Assembly: GCA_964401865.1 (NCBI GenBank)
Contig: CAYNZZ010000008.1
Span: 33,205 to 65,204, forward strand
From: an uncultured Erysipelotrichaceae bacterium
GTDB lineage: Bacteria > Bacillota_I > Bacilli_A > Erysipelotrichales > Erysipelotrichaceae
Direction: 5' to 3'
DNA length: 32,000 bases
Made by a program: the position numbers and the translations under genes. Numbering within the stretch: the stretch's first letter is position 1; each line of letters begins with the position of its first letter. The notes beneath the pieces were generated by a model, which was given only the letters and a program-made list of their open reading frames with translations, was not told where the DNA came from and ran no database searches. Below are positions 9,601 through 18,180 of this stretch, piece by piece.

Positions 9601-10496
9601 CGTCTTGTCCTCAAATACTTGCATACGCTGATATAGCTTCCTATAAAGCCAACTACCACGCCAATAATCAACAAAATTAAAGAAACATAAAAGATAAATG
9701 GATTAGGATTAATAATATTAAACGCTCCAAAAAGTGAGCCACTCAATTTATTATAAAATAAATAATATAAACCAATAGTGAGTCCAATTGGAATTAGAGA
9801 ACCAAAAGAGCCAATGATAACTCCTTCAACTAAAAATGGTGCCCTAATATAACCATTTTTCGCTCCTACATTACGCATAATCCATATTTCATCTCTTCTT
9901 GAAGCAATAGTAATCTTAATTGTGTTGTAAACCAAATATGTTGCAAGCAAGCACAATGTTACAACTAAAATACTGCCAAATACTCTAACATTGGAAAAAA
10001 TACTAAGTAGTGTATAAGTATTTGTTCCCCCATCATACACACCATAAACACCATTAATTGATGATATTTCCTTGGTAACATTTCCAATATCAACATCTTC
10101 ATCAACGCTGACTAAAAATACTGCATGAAAAGGATTATCGCTGCGATAGGTTTCGTAAAATTCTCTTTCATCTTCACCCTGCATCTCGGCATAATAAGTA
10201 AATTCTTCGTCTCTAGAACGATAATCAATCGAGTTAACGCCTTCTATTTTTCTAATCTCATTTTCAATAATATTTCTACTAGCTTCACTGTCACTTCCGT
10301 AATCAATCGATACCACAATATTAATTGATGACTCTATCGTGCTAGTGATGGTTTGCAAATTCCAAGTCAAAACTACAAAAACCGATATTAAAACTAATGT
10401 AATAGTAACTGCGATAATAGATGAAAATGCCATACCAAAATGGCGACCTACACCAACAAATCCTTCTTTAACGTGCCTTGCAAAACGATGAAACAT
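9597..10496 (-). CDS. ftsX: Cell-division ABC transporter permease-like protein FtsX
   Basis: 299 aa. One TM, a large extracytoplasmic loop, then three C-terminal TMs. Overlaps the ftsE stop (TAATG). Stop codon is TGA. Confidence 0.9.
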   Translation of the reverse strand: MFHRFARHVKEGFVGVGRHFGMAFSSIIAVTITLVLISVFVVLTWNLQTITSTIESSINIVVSIDYGSDSEASRNIIENEIRKIEGVNSIDYRSRDEEFTYYAEMQGEDEREFYETYRSDNPFHAVFLVSVDEDVDIGNVTKEISSINGVYGVYDGGTNTYTLLSIFSNVRVFGSILVVTLCLLATYLVYNTIKITIASRRDEIWIMRNVGAKNGYIRAPFLVEGVIIGSFGSLIPIGLTIGLYYLFYNKLSGSLFGAFNIINPNPFIFYVSLILLIIGVVVGFIGSYISVCKYLRTRR

Positions 10497-11176
10497 TAGA
10501 TGCTTCCTCCTTTTACCAAATCGGCAACTACTTGACCATTATCAATCATAATCGTTCTTTTTGGATGGTGTCTAACAATCTCTGTATCATGAGTAACAAT
10601 CAAAATAGTTGTTTTTTCTTCTTCATTTATCTTCTCTAAAAGGCGAATAATCTCTTCGCTTTTTTTGGGATCTAAATTTCCAGTCGGCTCATCGGCAATT
10701 AAAATCTTTGGCTTGTTGGCGATTGCTCTTGCAATTGCTACACGCTGTTGTTGACCGCCTGACAATTCTGATGGAAACGCATTAGACTTTTCAGAAATAT
10801 CAACGAGCTTTAAAACTTCTCTTACTCTTTTTCTGAGTTGGTCCTTAGGAGCATCAACCACTTCTAAAGCATATGCCACATTCTCGAAAGCTGTTTTACG
10901 CGGCAAAAGTCGGTAATCTTGAAATACCACTCCAATATTTCTACGATATAATGGCACTTTGGAGTGTTTTACCTTACCGACATTAATATTTTGCACAATT
11001 ACTTCCCCCGATGTTGGTATTTCTTCACCATTAAGCAGCTTAATAAGAGTTGATTTACCGCTACCGGTTGGTCCTATAATATAGACAAATTCGCTATCTT
11101 TAATCTGTAAAGTAACATTATTTAACGCATGTGTCCCGTTTTTATATGTTTTAGAAACATTCTTAATATTAATCAT
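10496..11176 (-). CDS. ftsE: Cell-division ATP-binding protein FtsE
   Basis: 226 aa. Walker A GPTGSGKST, signature LSGGQQQRVAIARA, Walker B ILIADEPTGNLD. SD AAGGTGAT. Confidence 0.93.
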   Translation of the reverse strand: MINIKNVSKTYKNGTHALNNVTLQIKDSEFVYIIGPTGSGKSTLIKLLNGEEIPTSGEVIVQNINVGKVKHSKVPLYRRNIGVVFQDYRLLPRKTAFENVAYALEVVDAPKDQLRKRVREVLKLVDISEKSNAFPSELSGGQQQRVAIARAIANKPKILIADEPTGNLDPKKSEEIIRLLEKINEEEKTTILIVTHDTEIVRHHPKRTIMIDNGQVVADLVKGGSI

Positions 11177-11192
11177 CTTATCACCTTAGAAT

Positions 11193-11201
11193 ATTATATC
11201 A
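11193..11201 (-). promoter_or_regulatory. Extended -10 promoter element for ftsEX
   Basis: The reverse strand reads TGATATAAT, 16 nt upstream of the ftsE ATG, with SD AAGGTGAT downstream. No good -35 hexamer. Confidence 0.45.
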
Positions 11202-11257
11202 TAATGTCACTAGTAAGGTGTACTAGTACAAGTACACTTAATTTTATCATTGCTTAT

Positions 11258-12103
11258 TTAGATTCTGGCTTCAAAAGAAAATCCTTCGCCATGAACTTCT
11301 TGAACATCCTGTACTATTAAAAACGCATCTTTATCATGACGTTTAATTATTTTCATTAATGTTTGATATTCGGTATTATTTACCACAACCAATAATACAG
11401 GCCTTTCAATATTTGTATAGCCACCAGTAGCATGCAAAATCGTTGTTCCGCGATTCATTTCACTTAAAATATCTTTTGAAATCGCTTCATAGCTATCAGA
11501 TATAATTTCAATACTTTTAGCCTGTTTAGCACCAAAAGTAATAATCATCGAAATGGCTTTTCCTGTAACATATACCGATATTAAACCGATTAGGACCTTC
11601 TCTAAGCCGTATATCCAAAGTCCAAGCAACACTGTCAAACCATCGGTAACCATAACGCATTTAGATAAATCGAAACCAAAATATTTTTGACATATTAATG
11701 GTGGAATATCCATACCGCCAGTCGAAGCACCCTGCCTTATTACCATGCCTATGCCAACACCACCTAATAAACCAGCATAAATTGATGCCAGTATAGGATC
11801 GATGCTTATTTCTGGCAGGCAATTAGACAAAAAGACAATGAATATAGGATAGATGATTGTGCTAAGCGATGTAGTAATAGCGAATTTCTTTCCCAAAAAG
11901 ATTAAGCCAATCACAAATAATAAAGTATTGATAATCGTAATGATGTATTCTTCGCTTATATCAAAAAACGGACTAAACAATACTGCAATGCCTGCCACTC
12001 CACCTGACAGTATATGATTGGGTAAAATAAAAGCCGAAACCGCAAAAGCCAAAATGAAATTTCCAATTATTATTAACCCAATTTCTTTAATTAATTTGCT
12101 CAT
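11258..12103 (-). CDS. YitT-family membrane protein with C-terminal DUF2179 domain
   Basis: 281 aa. Polytopic N-terminus with GGVAGIAVL and GASTGGMDI. The C-terminus TILHATGGYT...VLLVVVNNTEYQTLMKIIKRHDKDAFLIVQDVQEVHGEGF matches the DUF2179 pattern. Confidence 0.85.
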   Translation of the reverse strand: MSKLIKEIGLIIIGNFILAFAVSAFILPNHILSGGVAGIAVLFSPFFDISEEYIITIINTLLFVIGLIFLGKKFAITTSLSTIIYPIFIVFLSNCLPEISIDPILASIYAGLLGGVGIGMVIRQGASTGGMDIPPLICQKYFGFDLSKCVMVTDGLTVLLGLWIYGLEKVLIGLISVYVTGKAISMIITFGAKQAKSIEIISDSYEAISKDILSEMNRGTTILHATGGYTNIERPVLLVVVNNTEYQTLMKIIKRHDKDAFLIVQDVQEVHGEGFSFEARI

Positions 12104-12134
12104 AAAGTAATTATACCATTATATTTTTTAATTA

Positions 12135-12143
12135 TGATATAAT
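12135..12143 (+). promoter_or_regulatory. Extended -10 promoter element for darA
   Basis: TGATATAAT (TGnTATAAT), 19 nt upstream of the ATG. SD AAGAGGTGAT lies between them. Confidence 0.5.
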
Positions 12144-12162
12144 TAAGTAAAGAGGTGATATT

Positions 12163-12486
12163 ATGAAACTAATTCTAGCTATTGTATCTAACGATGATAG
12201 CAGTTCGGTATCTACCGCGCTAAATAAAGACAATTTCCAAGTAACAAAACTAGCTACTACTGGTGGATTTTTAAGAGCTGGTAATACTACCTTAATCATC
12301 GGTACTGAAGATGAGAAAGTTGAAAAAGCCATTGAAATTATAGGCAATGAATCTAAGAGAAGAACAGAAATTGTTCCATCAACTGCCGCCTATGACATCG
12401 GTCGTTTCGCTTCATTCCCTGTCGAAGTGCAGGTTGGTGGCGCAACAATATTCGTTATAAATGTTGATGAATTCTACAAATTATAA
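12163..12486 (+). CDS. darA: PII-like cyclic-di-AMP receptor DarA (YaaQ/PstA family)
   Basis: 107 aa. [14 protein letters not shown]...[24 protein letters not shown]...[23 protein letters not shown] is collinear with B. subtilis YaaQ as I recall it ([24 protein letters not shown]...VEVEVGGATVFVLPVDEF). It is the only plus-strand gene and has its own promoter, SD and terminator. Confidence 0.9.
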   Translation: [107 protein letters not shown]

Positions 12487-12511
12487 AAGGCTTAAAAAGC
12501 CTTTTATTTTT
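12485..12511. terminator. Bidirectional intrinsic terminator between convergent darA and the ABC-2 permease gene
   Basis: AAAAGGCTT-AAA-AAGCCTTTT is a perfect 9-bp stem. It is followed by ATTTTT on the plus strand. The stem arms themselves supply the T run on the minus strand. Confidence 0.7.
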
Positions 12512-13301
12512 ATATTAGATCTTTTCTGTTATAAACGACCAAAGTTAAAAAGATAAAGATTGAAGTCAACAATAACGATATAAAAACTATAAGTGGGTTA
12601 ATTGAAATATTAATGATTACATTCCTTATGTCAGCTAAGGCAAAAAAGGAAACATATTTTAAAAATTCTACGCTATCCGATATTTCAGATGCAATATTCA
12701 AAAAGTAACTGATAAAGACAATAGCCAAGCTGATGCCTAAAGTATTTTTTGTTTTATGGGCAAAAGACGACAAGAAAAGACATACTCCAAATATTGCTAT
12801 CGATGAAAATATAGGGGTAACACTTAGCAACATATATAATTTCTTATCAAAATCTCCGCTAATGCTTAAACCAATGTAATTAAATACGCCTACACATAAT
12901 ACCATAAGTACAATATACATAAGTCCAACTAATACTTTTTTTAGTACAATATCATTTCTTGTAACCGGCAAACTATTTAGGTATTCTATCGTTTTCTCAC
13001 TTCCTTCTTTGAGCAAAATATTCGATCCTAAAATACCGCTATAAATGCCAGTTATCAAAAGCACAAAGACAAATCCTTCGCTTTTTAACCATCCAAAAGC
13101 ATTATCAATACCTGATATATCCATATTAAAAGCCTTCAATACTTCTTCCGGAAAGACCTTGAGCATTTCATTTAACATTTCCATATTATCATTGCTCATA
13201 ATCGATGGGTAAATCAGATACACAACCGCAAATATTCCAATTAAAACCAGGGTCCAAATTATAAAACTTTTAAAGTTTACTTTTAATTCTCTTTTAAACA
13301 T
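12510..13301 (-). CDS. ABC-2 type transporter permease
   Basis: 263 aa, about 6 predicted TM segments. Lies immediately downstream of an ABC ATPase gene. Confidence 0.75.
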   Translation of the reverse strand: MFKRELKVNFKSFIIWTLVLIGIFAVVYLIYPSIMSNDNMEMLNEMLKVFPEEVLKAFNMDISGIDNAFGWLKSEGFVFVLLITGIYSGILGSNILLKEGSEKTIEYLNSLPVTRNDIVLKKVLVGLMYIVLMVLCVGVFNYIGLSISGDFDKKLYMLLSVTPIFSSIAIFGVCLFLSSFAHKTKNTLGISLAIVFISYFLNIASEISDSVEFLKYVSFFALADIRNVIINISINPLIVFISLLLTSIFIFLTLVVYNRKDLI

Positions 13302-13311
13302 TCAATACCTC

Positions 13312-14184
13312 CTACTCATAGTAATGTAGGAATATTTCTTCCAAAGTCGCTTCTTCAATTAAAATCTTATCAATGTTATATTTTGAAATCACTCTAATTA
13401 GCTCATTATGTGCCATATTGGAGCCAAATCTCACAGTATTATCTTTAACTGGTGCATTCACTTTTAATTCACCTATTAGCTTAGCGATATCTTTTGAAGT
13501 AATCGTTACAAAAGTTAAACTCTTGCCAATTAAATCTTCAACTCGTTCGATTTTTATTAGGTTTCCATCTTTTATTATCCCTACTCTGTCGCATATCTTT
13601 GATACTTCGCTTAATATATGAGTTGAATAAAAGATAGTTTTGCCCTTTTCTTTCTCTTCATTCAAAATGTCGTAAAACACGTTTTGCATAATTGGATCTA
13701 AACCGCTAGTAGGTTCATCTAAAATAATGATTTTCGGATCATGCATTAAAGCCAAGACAATTCCTAACTTCTTTAAATTGCCTAGTGATAGGTCTTCGAT
13801 CTTCTTCGATTCATCTAAAACCAATCTCTTGACCAAAGATAAACGATTCGAATGAATATCACCATCATAAAAAGATTCATGATAATCCAACATCTCTTTA
13901 ACAGTCAACTCATCATATAAGTTAATTTCACTTGGTAAATAGCCAATCATTTTCTTGATTTCAGTGTTATTTTTACTGAACTCTTGACCATTGATTAAAA
14001 CTTTGCCACTGCTTTTATTAATAATATTCAATACAGAGCGAATAGTTGTCGATTTGCCTGCTCCATTAGGACCGATAAAACCAAATATTTCACCTTCATA
14101 TAAGGATAAAGACAGATTTTCTACTCCCTTCGTCTTTCCATAATACTTAGTAAGGCTTTGTATGTCTAAAGTACATCTTGCCAT
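13312..14184 (-). CDS. ABC transporter ATP-binding protein (ABC-2/DrrA-like, with C-terminal accessory domain)
   Basis: Walker A GPNGAGKST, signature LSLGNLKKLGIVLAL (degenerate), Walker B IIILDEPTSGLD. I prefer the start MARCTLDIQSL (ATG at 14184) over the track start at 14205, which lies only 10 nt from a TGATATAAT box and has no SD. Confidence 0.85.
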   Translation of the reverse strand: MARCTLDIQSLTKYYGKTKGVENLSLSLYEGEIFGFIGPNGAGKSTTIRSVLNIINKSSGKVLINGQEFSKNNTEIKKMIGYLPSEINLYDELTVKEMLDYHESFYDGDIHSNRLSLVKRLVLDESKKIEDLSLGNLKKLGIVLALMHDPKIIILDEPTSGLDPIMQNVFYDILNEEKEKGKTIFYSTHILSEVSKICDRVGIIKDGNLIKIERVEDLIGKSLTFVTITSKDIAKLIGELKVNAPVKDNTVRFGSNMAHNELIRVISKYNIDKILIEEATLEEIFLHYYE

Positions 14185-14215
14185 ATTATCTCTTATCACT
14201 TTCATCTATATGCTC

Positions 14216-14224
14216 ATTATATCA
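14216..14224 (-). promoter_or_regulatory. Extended -10 promoter element for the ABC-2 transporter pair
   Basis: The reverse strand reads TGATATAAT, located just after the rplQ terminator and upstream of the ABC ATPase gene. Confidence 0.4.
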
Positions 14225-14248
14225 TTTAGATTATGAACTTCCGCTATT

Positions 14249-14276
14249 AAAAAAGATAGCCTAGGCTATCTTTTTA
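14249..14276 (-). terminator. Intrinsic terminator ending the ribosomal-protein/rpoA/rplQ transcription unit
   Basis: The reverse strand reads AAAAAGATAGCC-TA-GGCTATCTTTTT followed by T. It is a perfect palindrome starting 3 nt after the rplQ stop. Confidence 0.8.
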
Positions 14277-14278
14277 TC

Positions 14279-14635
14279 TTATATTAATTCAATAGATGCA
14301 ACAGGGGCATTATCACCACGACGGTAACCTAATTTAGTTACACGAGTGTAACCACCATTACGATCTTTATATTTTGGTCCTAATTCACTGAATAGAACTT
14401 GTAATGCAGTCTTGCCTTCAGCATTTTCCACATTACGAACATAGCTAGCAGCTAATCTTCTTGTACTTAGATTATCTTCCTTAGCGATAGTGATAAGTTT
14501 TTCAACAACTGCTTGTACTTCTTTAGCTTTCATTTCAGTTGTTTCGATCTTACCTTTTAAAATCACTTCAGTAGATAGGTTTCTAAGTAATGCTTTTCTA
14601 TGGTCAGCAGTACGACCTAATTTACGATTATGCAT
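14279..14635 (-). CDS. rplQ: 50S ribosomal protein L17
   Basis: MHNRKLGRTADHRKALLRNL matches the L17 N-terminus. The track start (14641) is a TTG. The ATG at 14635 sits 8 nt after SD AAGGAG. Confidence 0.95.
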   Translation of the reverse strand: MHNRKLGRTADHRKALLRNLSTEVILKGKIETTEMKAKEVQAVVEKLITIAKEDNLSTRRLAASYVRNVENAEGKTALQVLFSELGPKYKDRNGGYTRVTKLGYRRGDNAPVASIELI

Positions 14636-14647
14636 TGTCAATTCTCC

Positions 14648-15610
14648 TTATAGTTCTGGGTCTTTGAAGCTAAGACCTAAAGCAGCTAATTTTTCTTTCA
14701 CTTCTTTAAGTGATTTCTTACCAAGATTTCTAACTCTTGACATTTCTTCTTCGGTCTTCTTAGTTAATTCTTCAACGTTAGTAATGCTTGCTCTTTTTAG
14801 ACAGTTATAACTACGAACAGTTAAATCCAAATCTTCAATCGACATATGAGTAGTCTTCTTATCTACTTCAGCACTCTTTTCCTTGACTGAACTTTCTTCA
14901 ACTTCACCCTTAGGATCTAGAGTTTTTAATAGTTCAAAATGATCATTCATATATTTTGCAGCCAGAGCAATTGCTTCTTCAGGTTTAATTGAACCATTTG
15001 TCCATACTTCCATTGTCAAAGCATCGTATTTAACATTTTGACCAACACGAGTAGGTTCAACTTTATAATTAATTTTTGTCACTGGAGTATAAATAGCATC
15101 AGTATAAATTGTGCCAATACCCTGTGATGAACTTTGATATGCACGCTTGTTTTCATCAGCACTTACATAACCACGACCACATTTCGCTCTTAATTCCATA
15201 TCTAGCTTGCCACCTTTATCTAGATGAGCAATAACTAAATCTTTATTCAAGACTTCAATGCCAGTAGGCAATTGAATATCTGCTGCTGTGACTGTACATG
15301 GTCCAGTAGCATTGATACGTAATGTAAATGACTCATCATTGTCAGCTTTTAAGATAAGCTGTTTAATGTTAAGAATCATCATTGTCACATCTTCTTTTAC
15401 ACCTTTGATAAAAGAAAATTCATGGAAAATACCATCTATTTTAATAGAATAGACAGCTACGCCAGGAAGAGAAGAAAGCATTACTCTTCTCAAAGCGTTT
15501 CCTAATGTTGTACCAAAGCCTCTCTCCAATGGTGAGATAAGAAATTTACCATAAACATCAGATTCAGGATTTGATTCAATAGTAAACTTTGGTCGTTCAA
15601 ATTTTTGCAT
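14648..15610 (-). CDS. rpoA: DNA-directed RNA polymerase alpha subunit
   Basis: 320 aa. GFGTTLGNALRRVMLSSLPG is the canonical alpha N-terminal-domain motif. The C-terminal domain has LDLTVRSYNCLKRA. Confidence 0.97.
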   Translation of the reverse strand: MQKFERPKFTIESNPESDVYGKFLISPLERGFGTTLGNALRRVMLSSLPGVAVYSIKIDGIFHEFSFIKGVKEDVTMMILNIKQLILKADNDESFTLRINATGPCTVTAADIQLPTGIEVLNKDLVIAHLDKGGKLDMELRAKCGRGYVSADENKRAYQSSSQGIGTIYTDAIYTPVTKINYKVEPTRVGQNVKYDALTMEVWTNGSIKPEEAIALAAKYMNDHFELLKTLDPKGEVEESSVKEKSAEVDKKTTHMSIEDLDLTVRSYNCLKRASITNVEELTKKTEEEMSRVRNLGKKSLKEVKEKLAALGLSFKDPEL

Positions 15611-15624
15611 ATGCTTCCTCCTTA

Positions 15625-16014
15625 TTAGCCTCTAGGCTTCTTTGGTGGACGACATCCATTATGTGGAATTGGAGTCACATCATTAATTGAAGTGATTTCA
15701 AGACCTGCAGTTTGAAGTGCTCTAACGGCAGCTTCTCTACCTGGACCTGGACCTTTAACGCTTACTTCAACAGTCTTCATACCATGATCCATAGCAGTTT
15801 TTCCAGCTGCTTCAGAAACTAATTGAGCAGCATATGGAGTTGATTTACGAGAACCTTTATAGCCAAGAGCTCCAGCACTTGACCAAGAAATTACATTACC
15901 AGCTTCATCAGTGATGGTAACGATTGTATTATTGAATGTTGAATGGATATGAGCAACACCCTTAGCAACATTCTTCTTTACACGTCTTTTACGTGTTGTT
16001 TTAGCTTGTGCCAT
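15625..16014 (-). CDS. rpsK: 30S ribosomal protein S11
   Basis: [30 protein letters not shown] is the S11 signature. The track start (16023) is a GTG, so the ATG at 16014 (MAQAK...) is preferred. Confidence 0.95.
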   Translation of the reverse strand: MAQAKTTRKRRVKKNVAKGVAHIHSTFNNTIVTITDEAGNVISWSSAGALGYKGSRKSTPYAAQLVSEAAGKTAMDHGMKTVEVSVKGPGPGREAAVRALQTAGLEITSINDVTPIPHNGCRPPKKPRG

Positions 16015-16035
16015 ATTATTCACTTACCTTTCTTG

Positions 16036-16401
16036 TTACTTCTTCTTATTTGCAACAGTACGACGAGGTCCTTTACGTGTACGAGCATTTGTCTTTGTTC
16101 TTTGTCCACGTACAGGAAGACCTTTACGATGTCTCATTCCACGGTAACATGCAATTTCCATCAATCGTTTAATATTTAATTGAGTTTCTCTTCTTAGATC
16201 ACCTTCTAATTTATAAGAATCTAATGTTTTACGCAAAGCATTAACTTGGTCATCAGTTAAGTCTTTAACTCGAATATCTTCGCTAATACCGTTTTCCTTT
16301 AATATCTTTTGAGCAGTTGGAAGTCCAACACCGTAGATATATGTTAAAGATACTACTACGCGTTTGTCGCGAGGAATATCTACACCAGCTATACGAGCCA
16401 T
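16036..16401 (-). CDS. rpsM: 30S ribosomal protein S13
   Basis: 121 aa, [26 protein letters not shown]. Confidence 0.97.
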   Translation of the reverse strand: MARIAGVDIPRDKRVVVSLTYIYGVGLPTAQKILKENGISEDIRVKDLTDDQVNALRKTLDSYKLEGDLRRETQLNIKRLMEIACYRGMRHRKGLPVRGQRTKTNARTRKGPRRTVANKKK

Positions 16402-16419
16402 AATCCTTGTTCCCTCCTA

Positions 16420-16533
16420 TTATCCTTGTCTTTGTTTGTGTTTAGGGTTTTCACAAATAACCATAACGCGACCTTTGCGCTTAATAACGCGACATTTGTC
16501 ACAAATTGGTTTAACAGATGGTCTTACTTTCAT
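16420..16533 (-). CDS. rpmJ: 50S ribosomal protein L36
   Basis: Absent from the ORF track because it is too short. My reverse-strand translation is [37 protein letters not shown], a textbook zinc-ribbon L36. SD GGAGGG is upstream. It lies between infA and rpsM, as expected. Confidence 0.95.
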   Translation of the reverse strand: MKVRPSVKPICDKCRVIKRKGRVMVICENPKHKQRQG

Positions 16534-16550
16534 CTTTCCCTCCTACTAGA

Positions 16551-16769
16551 CTATTTATGTCTAAATGTTATACGCCCACGTGTTAGATCGTAAGGCGAAA
16601 TCTCAACAGTCACTTTATCACCTGGTAAAATGCGAATGTAATGCATGCGGATTTTACCAGAAACGTGAGCCAGAATCTCGTGACCATTTCCAAGTTTCAC
16701 CTTAAATTGTGCGTTTGGCAAAGTATCAATTACCAAACCTTCGATTTCAATGACATCTTGTTTTGCCAA
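16551..16769 (-). CDS. infA: Translation initiation factor IF-1
   Basis: 72 aa, [52 protein letters not shown]. The start codon is TTG, placed 7 nt after SD AAGGAGGA. Confidence 0.96.
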   Translation of the reverse strand: MAKQDVIEIEGLVIDTLPNAQFKVKLGNGHEILAHVSGKIRMHYIRILPGDKVTVEISPYDLTRGRITFRHK

Positions 16770-16772
16770 CAG

Positions 16773-17525
16773 TTAGTCCTCCTTAGTAGTTATTTCATAA
16801 CCGTCTTCTAGTACAATGACAGTGTGTTCATAGTGCGCTGCTAAACTCTTATCTCTTGAGACAACGCCCCAACCATCAGGTAAAGTTCTGCAATGGGGTT
16901 TACCCATGAAAACCATTGGTTCTACTGCTATACACATTCCTTTTTTAAGATGCTCTAAACTATGAGCTCTTCCCACATTTGGAACACTGGGTTCCTCATG
17001 AACATGCCTACCAATGCCATGTCCGGTATATTCGATAGGTAAAGAATAGCCATGTGCTTCAACATATGTTTGCACAGCATTAGCAATATCGCCTACTCGA
17101 TTACCAGCTTTTACTTGTGCTAAGCCTTGATATAATGCTTCTTCAGTAACTTTCATTAAGTCCAGAATCTTTTCATCCTTGACTTCACCTACTGTATAAG
17201 ACCAAGCACTATCTCCATGATATCCTTTATAACAAGCACCTACATCAACCGAAATAATATCGCCATCTTTTAAGATGGTATGATCTGGAATACCATGTAC
17301 CAGCATCTCATTAATTGATGTACAAATGCTTGCCGGAAAACCTTGATAACCTTTGAAAGAAGGAGTAGCACCATTGCTACGAATAACTTCTTCAGCTATT
17401 CTATCTAGCTCCAAAGTTGAAATTCCTGGTCTGATGACCTCTTTCATCTTTTTATGAACACGAGCAACAATTTTACCCGCTTCTCTCATAAGTTCTAGTT
17501 CCCTTGGGGATTTGATACTAATCAT
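16773..17525 (-). CDS. map: Type I methionine aminopeptidase
   Basis: The homologous part begins at MISIKSPRELELMREAGKIVA (ATG at 17525). This start overlaps the adk stop as ATGATTAG. The track's extra 33 N-terminal aa lie inside adk and are not credible. Metal ligands lie in the contexts DGDIISVDVG, HGIGRHVHE and VEPM. Confidence 0.95.
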   Translation of the reverse strand: MISIKSPRELELMREAGKIVARVHKKMKEVIRPGISTLELDRIAEEVIRSNGATPSFKGYQGFPASICTSINEMLVHGIPDHTILKDGDIISVDVGACYKGYHGDSAWSYTVGEVKDEKILDLMKVTEEALYQGLAQVKAGNRVGDIANAVQTYVEAHGYSLPIEYTGHGIGRHVHEEPSVPNVGRAHSLEHLKKGMCIAVEPMVFMGKPHCRTLPDGWGVVSRDKSLAAHYEHTVIVLEDGYEITTKED

Positions 17526-18171
17526 GAATCTCCTCCAAAAGTCCTTTGATAGTCTTATATACTTCATCTGTACTCTTGGAAGCGTCAACCTCTTTAACCA
17601 AACCTTGTTCTCTGTAATATTCAACAGTCGGAATAGTTGCGCTATGATATTCGCCTAAACGTACTTCAAGACTTTCAAGTGTATCATCTTTACGCGCATA
17701 TAATTCTCCACCACATTCATCACAGATACCTTCTACTTTAGAAGGATGGTTTCTTGTGTGATAAATTGCACCGCAATTCTTACATAATCTACGACCAGTG
17801 ATCCTGATTTTCAATTCTTCTTCATCCAGATTTAATAAAACTACTAAATCTATATGTAGGCCAAGCTCATTTAAGATGCCGTCGAAGTCAATAGCTTGCT
17901 CTGTGTTCCTTGGATATCCATCCATTAAGAAACCCTTTTTAATATCATCTTTGCTTAAACGTTCAACGATGATATCATGAATAACTTCATCAGGAACAAG
18001 CTGTCCTTTTTGCATATAGCTTTGCGCTCTTAGACCAACGGGACTTCCATCCTTGATGCTTTGTCTTAAGATATCGCCAGTAGAAACATGAACTAATCCA
18101 TAATCTTGAACTAGTAAGTTAGACATAGTACCCTTACCAGTTCCTGGGGCACCAATCAACAGAAGATTCAT
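17518..18171 (-). CDS. adk: Adenylate kinase (Zn-lid type)
   Basis: 217 aa. P-loop GAPGTGKGT. The lid has CKNCG...CDECGG (four Cys). Confidence 0.97.
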   Translation of the reverse strand: MNLLLIGAPGTGKGTMSNLLVQDYGLVHVSTGDILRQSIKDGSPVGLRAQSYMQKGQLVPDEVIHDIIVERLSKDDIKKGFLMDGYPRNTEQAIDFDGILNELGLHIDLVVLLNLDEEELKIRITGRRLCKNCGAIYHTRNHPSKVEGICDECGGELYARKDDTLESLEVRLGEYHSATIPTVEYYREQGLVKEVDASKSTDEVYKTIKGLLEEIHD

Positions 18172-18180
18172 TAATCACAC

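Noticed and set aside
12132-12347. 71-aa minus-strand ORF overlapping darA
   Set aside because: It is antisense to a gene with a full-length match to the YaaQ/DarA family. It has no SD, and its hydrophobic translation is meaningless.
12510-14205. The ABC-2 ATPase/permease pair as a lantibiotic or bacteriocin immunity system, or part of a biosynthetic cluster
   Set aside because: There is no adjacent precursor peptide, modification enzyme, two-component system or regulator. It is a stand-alone two-gene exporter whose substrate cannot be determined from sequence.
17526-17624. N-terminal extensions offered by the ORF track: map (+33 aa), rpsJ (+20 aa, 28392-28451), ecfA1 (+9 aa, TTG), the M23 peptidase (+8 aa), rplQ (+2 aa, TTG) and rpsK (+3 aa, GTG)
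   Set aside because: The extensions overlap the upstream gene or the leader, lack SD sequences and are absent from the conserved N-termini of these families. In each case the internal ATG has a properly spaced SD or a coupling overlap.
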